A DNA stretch of 32,000 bases, from assembly GCF_000009705.1 (NCBI RefSeq), contig NC_003272.1, positions 3,690,001 to 3,722,000 on the forward strand, in the 5' to 3' direction. Source of the stretch: Nostoc sp. PCC 7120 = FACHB-418 (GTDB lineage: Bacteria > Cyanobacteriota > Cyanobacteriia > Cyanobacteriales > Nostocaceae). Shown here in pieces: positions 25,434 to 32,000 of this stretch; within the stretch, counting starts at the first letter, position 1; every line of letters starts with the position of its first letter. Position numbers and translations under genes: made by a program. The notes under the pieces are model-generated. The model did not search any database. It worked only from the letters and a program-made list of their open reading frames with translations, and was not told the DNA's origin.

Positions 25434-26564
25434 ATGATACAAGTCCTTAATCTCACAACACCGGAAACTATTAAACAATACTTACAAGAAGCTTTAGGCA
25501 AAATAGAGCCTTTTGAACAATGTATTCTCCTAGATTATCCTGACTATGCGAACATTGGTGACAGCTTAATTTGGCTCGGAGAATTGCTTTATTTACAACA
25601 AATTCGTCAAGCCAAAATTACCTATAGTGCTAGTGTTGAAAGTTTCTCAGCCCAAGAAATGAGTAACTACAAATCCTCACCTGAAATTCCTATTTTTTTA
25701 AGTGGCGGAGGGAATCTAGGCGATTTATGGCTAAAGTTTCAGAATTTTAGAGAGCATATTATATCTGAATACAAAGAAAACCCAATTATCATTTTCCCCC
25801 AAAGTATTTATTTCCAAGAAGAAAATAATTTAGTTAAGGCTGCTCGTATCTTTAATTCCCATCCCAATTTAACTATATTTGTTCGGGATAACTACAGTTA
25901 CCAGTTAGCAACAAATTATTTCTACAATTGTCGGATTATTAAATCGCCTGATGCAGCATTTCAATTAGTTAACACTCCAGGGATAGCTGCTTCATATCAA
26001 AATAAAAGTTCTATTCTTTATCATTTTAGAAACGATAAGGAATTAAATTTAAATCAAGCTAGTTCTCCTAATAACCTTGACTTGCCTAATTTAATAGTAG
26101 AAGATTGGGCTTCTTATAAATATGAAAGTGACTCTTACAAAAAATTACCTAATAATGCCTTAATTCAAAGTTTCGCCAGAATATTCGACGGTTGGGAACA
26201 AGGCAAATTATTTCCTGATGAATGGATTACTCGTCAAATCTGGAAATACTTCCATCCCTACACTACCGCTTTTTCTCAAGCTTATAACCCTGAATCACAT
26301 CGAAAAGCTTGGAGTTATATGTATCAGGGAGTTTACCAATTCAAACAATATCGGTTAATTATTACAAATAGGCTACATGGTCATATTCTCTCTACTTTGA
26401 TGGGAATTCCCCATATTTTTCTCCCTAACTCCTACCACAAAAATGAAGCTTTTTATGAAGCTTGGACACATCAAATTCCCTTTTGTCGTTTTGTCAAAGA
26501 TCCTGAAAAAATAGCCGATACAGTTCGGGAATTGATTGAGATGTCTGAAATTGCTAAAAACTAA
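25434..26564 (+). CDS. polysaccharide pyruvyl transferase family protein
   Basis: DYANIGDSLIWLGELLYL near the N-terminus and ITNRLHGHILSTLMGIPHIFL near the C-terminus, both characteristic of PS_pyruv_trans. Confidence 0.8.
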   Translation: MIQVLNLTTPETIKQYLQEALGKIEPFEQCILLDYPDYANIGDSLIWLGELLYLQQIRQAKITYSASVESFSAQEMSNYKSSPEIPIFLSGGGNLGDLWLKFQNFREHIISEYKENPIIIFPQSIYFQEENNLVKAARIFNSHPNLTIFVRDNYSYQLATNYFYNCRIIKSPDAAFQLVNTPGIAASYQNKSSILYHFRNDKELNLNQASSPNNLDLPNLIVEDWASYKYESDSYKKLPNNALIQSFARIFDGWEQGKLFPDEWITRQIWKYFHPYTTAFSQAYNPESHRKAWSYMYQGVYQFKQYRLIITNRLHGHILSTLMGIPHIFLPNSYHKNEAFYEAWTHQIPFCRFVKDPEKIADTVRELIEMSEIAKN

Positions 26565-26607
26565 TTAACCCAGTGTAGATGTGGCAATATTAGGGAGGCT
26601 AAATTTT

Positions 26608-27552
26608 GTGCCAATAATTTCTGTAATCATTCCTGTATATAATGGTGAAAAAACAATTATTGAAACCATTGCTTCTGTTCAGCACCAAACCTTTTTAGAT
26701 ATTGAAATCATTGTGATCAATGATGGTTCAACAGATAATACTTTTGAACTTGTGAGAAATATTCAGGATAATCGCTTGAAAATATTCTCTTATGAAAATG
26801 GTGGTTTACCCGTAGCTCGTAATCGCGGTATTACCCACGCTGTAGGTCAATTTATTGCCTTCATTGATGCTGATGATCTCTGGACAACAGACAAGCTAGA
26901 GCTTCAGTTTGCTGCATTACAAGAATATCCAGAAGCAGGACTAGCTTACAGTTGGACTTATTACAAATTTGCTAATGAAGCAGATTCTTATGCTGATGAA
27001 TCTAATTCATTTGCAGGTGATGTTTATGCTGAATTGCTAATCAAGAATTTTTTGCAGAACGGTTCCAACCCTCTAATTCGGCGAGCCGCTATTGACTCTG
27101 TGGGACTTTTTGATCCTACACTGAAATCTTGCGAAGATTGGGATTTTTACCTGCGGTTAGCGGCTAAATGGCAATTTGCTTTAGTTAAAAAAGCACAAAT
27201 TATCTATCGTCAGTCCCCAACTGCGATGACATCGAAATTAGATGTTATGGAAAAATATAGTTCTATTGTCATAGAGAGAGCTTTTAATGCAGCTCCTCCA
27301 CAATTACAACATTTAAAAAAACAAAGTCTAGCATGGGTTTACAAATTTACTGCTCAACAATGTTTGAAATATAACAGCCATAAACTCGCAGATATTAAAT
27401 TAGCCGCTAAAAGATTAAAAATGGCTATTACTCTCTATCCAAAAAACCTTTTAGAAGACTACACTCATGGTCTCATAAGAAAACTTATTAAAAGTTGGAT
27501 ATTATTACAGTTTCACATGGTTTATATTCCTGAAAAATCTCACAATATTTAA
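26608..27552 (+). CDS. glycosyltransferase family 2, subfamily B
   Basis: (V)PIISVIIPVYNG...INDGSTDNT...NGGLPVARNRGI...FIDADDLW. GGGAGG at 26594-26599 lies 8 nt upstream of the GTG at 26608. The track start, GTG at 26581, is the alternative. Confidence 0.8.
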   Translation: MPIISVIIPVYNGEKTIIETIASVQHQTFLDIEIIVINDGSTDNTFELVRNIQDNRLKIFSYENGGLPVARNRGITHAVGQFIAFIDADDLWTTDKLELQFAALQEYPEAGLAYSWTYYKFANEADSYADESNSFAGDVYAELLIKNFLQNGSNPLIRRAAIDSVGLFDPTLKSCEDWDFYLRLAAKWQFALVKKAQIIYRQSPTAMTSKLDVMEKYSSIVIERAFNAAPPQLQHLKKQSLAWVYKFTAQQCLKYNSHKLADIKLAAKRLKMAITLYPKNLLEDYTHGLIRKLIKSWILLQFHMVYIPEKSHNI

Positions 27553-27601
27553 TGAGTATTTATTAAGGGAACATCAAAAAATAAATTATCCGAAAATACT
27601 T

Positions 27602-28552
27602 ATGCCTACTATATCTGTAATTATTCCTGCCTATAATGCTGAACGTACTATTTTAGAGACAATATCTTCTGTTCAGCAACAGACATTCTCAGATTTTGAT
27701 TTGATTATTATTAATGATGGTTCCACTGACCGCACTCTAGAGTTGATTCAGAATATTCGAGATGAGCGTTTGAAGATATTCTCTTATGAAAATGGTGGAC
27801 TTTGTACAGCACGTAATCGAGGAATTTCTCATGCAAGTGGGGAATTTATTGCTTTCCTTGATGCCGATGATTTGTGGACACACGATAAATTAGAATTGCA
27901 ACTAACAGCATTACAACAACATCCAGAGGCGGGAGTTGCTTATAGTTGGACTTATTTTATGGATGAGCAAGGAAAATCTTCCATCCCTGGTGTTTCCCTA
28001 TTCTTTGAGGGTGATGTCCAAGCTCATTTATTAGTTAATAATTTTCTCGCTAGTGGTTCCAATCCTCTAATTCGCAAGCAAGCCATTGAATCTGTAGGAG
28101 AGTTTGATTCTAACTGTATGGGTTGTGCCGATTGGGATTATTGGTTACGTTTATCAGCTACTTGGAATTTTGTTGTAGTTCGCAAACATCAAATTTTTTA
28201 TCGCCAGTCTGCCACTTCAATGTCATCTACTAAAGTTAAAAATATGGAAGATGATGGCCTATTTGTAGTTGAAAAAACTTTTCAGTCTGTCAAACCAGAA
28301 TTGCAATATTTAAAAAATCAAAGTTTAGCCTGGATTTATCAATATTCCACACAACAATATCTTAAGCAGAATGTCAACAATATTGATGCAGTCCGTCATG
28401 CTAGAGAAAAATTATGGCAAGCAATTTGCTTGCACCCGCCAATTTTATTGGCACCTTATGCTCAGGATTTAATTATCTGGTTGATAAAAAAATGGATATT
28501 AACTAAAATATATATCCTAAGAAAGAAAAATAATCCACTGATGATTAAATAA
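27602..28552 (+). CDS. glycosyltransferase family 2, subfamily B
   Basis: MPTISVIIPAYNA...INDGSTDRT...NGGLCTARNRGI...FLDADDLW...EAGVAYSWT. Confidence 0.85.
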   Translation: MPTISVIIPAYNAERTILETISSVQQQTFSDFDLIIINDGSTDRTLELIQNIRDERLKIFSYENGGLCTARNRGISHASGEFIAFLDADDLWTHDKLELQLTALQQHPEAGVAYSWTYFMDEQGKSSIPGVSLFFEGDVQAHLLVNNFLASGSNPLIRKQAIESVGEFDSNCMGCADWDYWLRLSATWNFVVVRKHQIFYRQSATSMSSTKVKNMEDDGLFVVEKTFQSVKPELQYLKNQSLAWIYQYSTQQYLKQNVNNIDAVRHAREKLWQAICLHPPILLAPYAQDLIIWLIKKWILTKIYILRKKNNPLMIK

Positions 28553-28781
28553 TCAAGAAAAATATCTTCCTTTTGGAGGTATAAGGCTTTTTAGTATTTG
28601 GATAAAATGGCTTTGGCCGTGATGTTTTAAAACCCATGCCGTGATTCAAGACGCGGACAGAAATTACTAATGATATCATCATCCATCCTCCTTTAGTAAT
28701 TTATGCCGACGGCAATATAGGCGACAGTAAGTCATCGCACAACATTCACGCCAACTGCACATCCATGAACGCAGCTAAAAA

Positions 28782-29963
28782 ATGACACAACAAGTAATTA
28801 ACTCTACAAGCAAAAATCATCTATCACCATTAGAAAACCAAAAGCGTTACCGAGTTGTATTAGTACATCCTAGTGCGGGAGTAAATTGGAGTGGTGGCTC
28901 AGAAATTTTTGCCATAGAGTTAGCAAGACATCTTAATTCATACTTCGATTTAGAACTTTTGAGCGGTGCTGACTGTGGCTCTTTTTCCCTTCCATCTGGT
29001 GGTATTTCACGCACTCAAGCCTTTAACATCGTTCGCCATCCGCTTATTTCTAAACTGCTGTCTAGGTTTGCTAGCCATCCTGAAATAGTGATTGAACACC
29101 TCAGTAATTTTTTTCCCTGTGCTATTCACTTATTAACTAAATCTGCCGATTTGATATTTCCTTGTAATGACTATGGCGGCATGGCAATGGCAGCTTTTGT
29201 GAGAGCTATCAGAGGTACGCCAATACTTTTTACCGAACACGTCGGCTTATTGGGAGAAGGTAAATCATTAACACGTAATTTGCGGTTTCATCCTAATCAA
29301 TTAGTCGTTTTTTCTGAAGCAATGGCTGCATTTGTGCGTAGTGTACAACCTCAGCAAAATGTGAGCATTATTCCTAATGGTGTAGATATAAATAGATTTA
29401 CTCCAGTAGGAAAGCACATCGATTTTTGTTTGCCAAAACCTATTGTTCTTTGTGTTGCGTCTCTCAAACGTCATAGCCATAAGCGCATTAGATTAGCTAT
29501 GGAAGCAGTAGCACGTTTACCCCAAGCCAGTCTATTATTATGCGGCGATGGTATTGACCGTGATTACTTTCAAGCTAAGGGTGATGAGTTATTAGGGAAA
29601 GAGCGTTTTAAGATTCAAAGTTTTCCCTATGAGCAAATGCCGGCAGTTTATCGCAGTGCTGATGTATTTACCCTACCTTCCATTGATGAGCCATTTGGAA
29701 TGGCTTATGTGGAAGCAATGGCGAGTGGTTTACCTGTAGTTGCTACCGATGACGAAATGCGTCGTCAGATTGTCGGTAATGCTGGTAGCTTATGTGATGT
29801 GAAGAATCCAGATATTTATGCTGCGGCTATGGGAGAGATTTTAACTCAAGATTGGCAAGTAAGAGCGCGTCAAAATGCTCTGCGTTTCAGTTGGGAAAAC
29901 ATAGCTTTAAGGTACCGTGACTTGATTTTAAAAACTATTCAAGGTCATCAACAAAATCATTAA
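28782..29963 (+). CDS. glycosyltransferase family 4 (GT-B)
   Basis: PSIDEPFGMAYVEAMASGLPVVATDD signature. It is preceded by an unusually long 229-nt gap. Confidence 0.8.
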   Translation: MTQQVINSTSKNHLSPLENQKRYRVVLVHPSAGVNWSGGSEIFAIELARHLNSYFDLELLSGADCGSFSLPSGGISRTQAFNIVRHPLISKLLSRFASHPEIVIEHLSNFFPCAIHLLTKSADLIFPCNDYGGMAMAAFVRAIRGTPILFTEHVGLLGEGKSLTRNLRFHPNQLVVFSEAMAAFVRSVQPQQNVSIIPNGVDINRFTPVGKHIDFCLPKPIVLCVASLKRHSHKRIRLAMEAVARLPQASLLLCGDGIDRDYFQAKGDELLGKERFKIQSFPYEQMPAVYRSADVFTLPSIDEPFGMAYVEAMASGLPVVATDDEMRRQIVGNAGSLCDVKNPDIYAAAMGEILTQDWQVRARQNALRFSWENIALRYRDLILKTIQGHQQNH

Positions 29964-29985
29964 TTACATTCCAAAACCAAACATT

Positions 29986-30942
29986 ATGCCCAAAGTTTCT
30001 GTAGTGATTCCAGCTTATAATTCTATGGCTTATCTACCAACAACGCTGGAAACTGTTTTTGCTCAGACGTTCACCGATTTTGAAGTATTAATAATTAATG
30101 ACGGTAGTTCTGACAATATTGTTAATTGGGTTTCTAGTCTCGCCGATGCTAGAATCCGCCTCATCACCCAAGAAAACCAAGGTTTAACAGGCGCACACAA
30201 TACAGGTGTGATGCAAGCACAAGGTGAATACATAGCATTTTTGGATGCGGATGATCTTTGGGAACCAAGCAAACTAGAAAAGCAAGTATCTTGCCTAGAT
30301 AAAAATCCAGAAGTTGGCTTAGTAGATACTTGGGTAATGTTAATTGATGAAACAGGGAAATCTACAGGGACTGTACTGAAAACTAATGCCGAAGGTAATG
30401 TTTGGAAACAAATTATTCAATGTCCTACTGTTGTCTGTGGTAGTTCTCCTCTAGTCAGGAACGCTTGTTTTCAAGAGGTAGGTTTATTTGACCCAGAAAT
30501 GGGTGGCTCATCCGATTGGGATATGTGGATTCGGATTGCGTCTCGATATAGTTTTGGCCTAATTAAAGAACCATTAACCCTTTATAGACAACATCGTAGC
30601 AGTATGTCAAAAAACTGCGAAAGAGTTTTTAGAGAAAATCAATCTGTCATCGAAAAAACCTTTAAATCTGTACCACCAGAACTGCAAAACTTAAAACAAC
30701 GTGCCTATGCTTTAGTTTATTTATATCTCGCTTGGAGAGCTTTAGATAATAGAAATTACGAACAAGCTATTTATTATCGTCAACAAGCTTACACCAGCGA
30801 CCCTCAAGTTATTTATTCTAAATCTGGTTTGTCTCAAAAATTCGCCATACTGGTAACTCGTTTCTTTGGTGCTTCTGGCTTGGATGGAGTTAGAAATATC
30901 AGTCGAGCTTTGCGAAGAAACATCTTAGCATTAATACCTTAA
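29986..30942 (+). CDS. glycosyltransferase family 2, subfamily A (HpsE-like)
   Basis: MPKVSVVIPAYNS...INDGSSDNI...GLTGAHNTGV...FLDADDLWEPSKLEKQV. Confidence 0.85.
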   Translation: MPKVSVVIPAYNSMAYLPTTLETVFAQTFTDFEVLIINDGSSDNIVNWVSSLADARIRLITQENQGLTGAHNTGVMQAQGEYIAFLDADDLWEPSKLEKQVSCLDKNPEVGLVDTWVMLIDETGKSTGTVLKTNAEGNVWKQIIQCPTVVCGSSPLVRNACFQEVGLFDPEMGGSSDWDMWIRIASRYSFGLIKEPLTLYRQHRSSMSKNCERVFRENQSVIEKTFKSVPPELQNLKQRAYALVYLYLAWRALDNRNYEQAIYYRQQAYTSDPQVIYSKSGLSQKFAILVTRFFGASGLDGVRNISRALRRNILALIP

Positions 30943-30981
30943 AATCCTGCATAATTCCGCATTGAAATTACCTCCAAACTT

Positions 30982-31938
30982 ATGCCAAAAGTATCCGTCG
31001 TTATTCCCGCTTATAATGCAATGAAATACCTCCCCGCTACAGTGGAGAGTGTCTTACAACAAAGCTTTACCGATATAGAAATTTTAATTATTAATGATGG
31101 TAGTTCAGACAATATTATTGCCTGGACTGCACAAATCACTGACCCACGAGTGCAAGTGATTTCCCAACAAAATCAAGGCTTATCAGGAGCGCGCAACACG
31201 GGAATTCACCACGCATCGGGAGAATATATAGCCTTTATTGATGCTGATGATTTATGGCTACCAACTAAATTAGAAAAGCAAGTGAAATGTTTAGATAATT
31301 CTCCACAAGCTGGTTTAGTTTATACTTGGACAGCTTGGACTGATGAAACTGGTAAACCTACTGGTGTGATAGTCGCTTCTCATGTCGAAGGGTATGTTTG
31401 GGAACAAATGGTTGTCAATGACAAAATATCTAACGGTAGTTCGGCGATGGTGCGTCGTATTTGTTTTGACAAAGTAGGCTTATTTGACACAGAATTGACC
31501 AGTTCAGAAGACCGTGATATGTGGATTAGGCTGGCGGCTCATTATCACTTTGCGGTTGTCAAGGAACCCCTCACACTCTACCGCCGACATTCACAAAGTA
31601 TGAGCAAAAATCGTCCGAAGATGCTCAAAAATATCCGTCGAGTTTTTGAAAAAACTTTTGCAACAGTTCCAACAGAGCTACTATACTTGCGAAACCGGAG
31701 CTATGGGTGGATAAATTTGTATACAGCTTGGACTTGTATGGATGAAAAGAATTACCAGGAAGCAATCAAATATCGTCGCCAAGCTCTTTTACATTACCCG
31801 CAGATTTTTTTCACAGCCTATTTCTTACGCTTGAGTGTAGCTATTGTGATTATGCAGTTATTAGGCTCTCAAGGCTATGATAACCTGCGATCGCTCATTC
31901 GTAACTTGCGTAGATTGGTTTTAGGTGCTGCAACCTAA
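30982..31938 (+). CDS. glycosyltransferase family 2, subfamily A (HpsE-like)
   Basis: MPKVSVVIPAYNA...INDGSSDNI...GLSGARNTGI...FIDADDLWLPTKLEKQV. Confidence 0.85.
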   Translation: MPKVSVVIPAYNAMKYLPATVESVLQQSFTDIEILIINDGSSDNIIAWTAQITDPRVQVISQQNQGLSGARNTGIHHASGEYIAFIDADDLWLPTKLEKQVKCLDNSPQAGLVYTWTAWTDETGKPTGVIVASHVEGYVWEQMVVNDKISNGSSAMVRRICFDKVGLFDTELTSSEDRDMWIRLAAHYHFAVVKEPLTLYRRHSQSMSKNRPKMLKNIRRVFEKTFATVPTELLYLRNRSYGWINLYTAWTCMDEKNYQEAIKYRRQALLHYPQIFFTAYFLRLSVAIVIMQLLGSQGYDNLRSLIRNLRRLVLGAAT

Positions 31939-32000
31939 TCTTGCTATTTGTTTATGTATTTATTTCACCTGCTAATATCAACTGGCTGCTCATGTTAATT

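Noticed and set aside
28545-28686. Minus-strand small ORF (~45 codons from the ATG at 28682, MMISLVISVRVLNHG...) behind an AAGGAGG in the 229-nt gap.
   Set aside because: The SD is only 0-4 nt from the candidate ATGs. The product is a basic low-complexity peptide with no recognisable family, and it runs into the stop region of the upstream GT2 gene. The support is too weak to call a gene.
1-32000. Scan for tRNA/rRNA genes, CRISPR arrays, transposases/IS elements, integrases and toxin-antitoxin pairs.
   Set aside because: I found no T-loop (GGTTCGAATCC-like) or cloverleaf candidates, no regularly spaced 25-40-bp direct repeats and no transposase- or integrase-like ORFs. The only repeats are short STRR/HIP1-type elements and the 46-bp inverted repeat.

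Overview
The window looks like chromosomal DNA from a filamentous heterocyst-forming cyanobacterium (Nostoc/Anabaena type). This rests on frequent HIP1 palindromes (GCGATCGC) and classic STRR heptamer arrays (CCCCAGT/CCCCAAT, CAACAGT). The left ~13 kb carries housekeeping and conserved hypothetical genes: a partial SAM methyltransferase, a J-domain/pentapeptide protein, a Zn-ribbon membrane protein, a type I-beta DAHP synthase, DoxX, an ABC-2 permease, a small secreted protein, a 1038-aa PstS-like/TM/DUF4912-like protein, mutL and hisD. From 13378 to the window end there is one co-directional 15-gene Wzx/Wzy-type extracellular polysaccharide cluster. It holds 4 GT4-like and 6 GT2 glycosyltransferases, a Wzc-like co-polymerase/tyrosine kinase, a Wzy/O-antigen-ligase-like polymerase, a Wzx flippase, an acyltransferase-3 and a pyruvyl transferase. 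The most interesting signal is in the ~400-nt leader of the DAHP synthase gene. It contains two tandem modules, each a 20-codon ORF rich in Tyr/Phe/Trp codons, followed by an antiterminator arm lying inside the ORF end and a strong intrinsic terminator. This is the textbook layout of ribosome-mediated transcription attenuation, here apparently sensing all three aromatic end products of the pathway. I am not aware of this being described for cyanobacterial aroF. It is inferred from sequence only. I found no tRNA, rRNA, CRISPR array or intact mobile element. All homology statements come from my own recognition of motifs, not from database searches.
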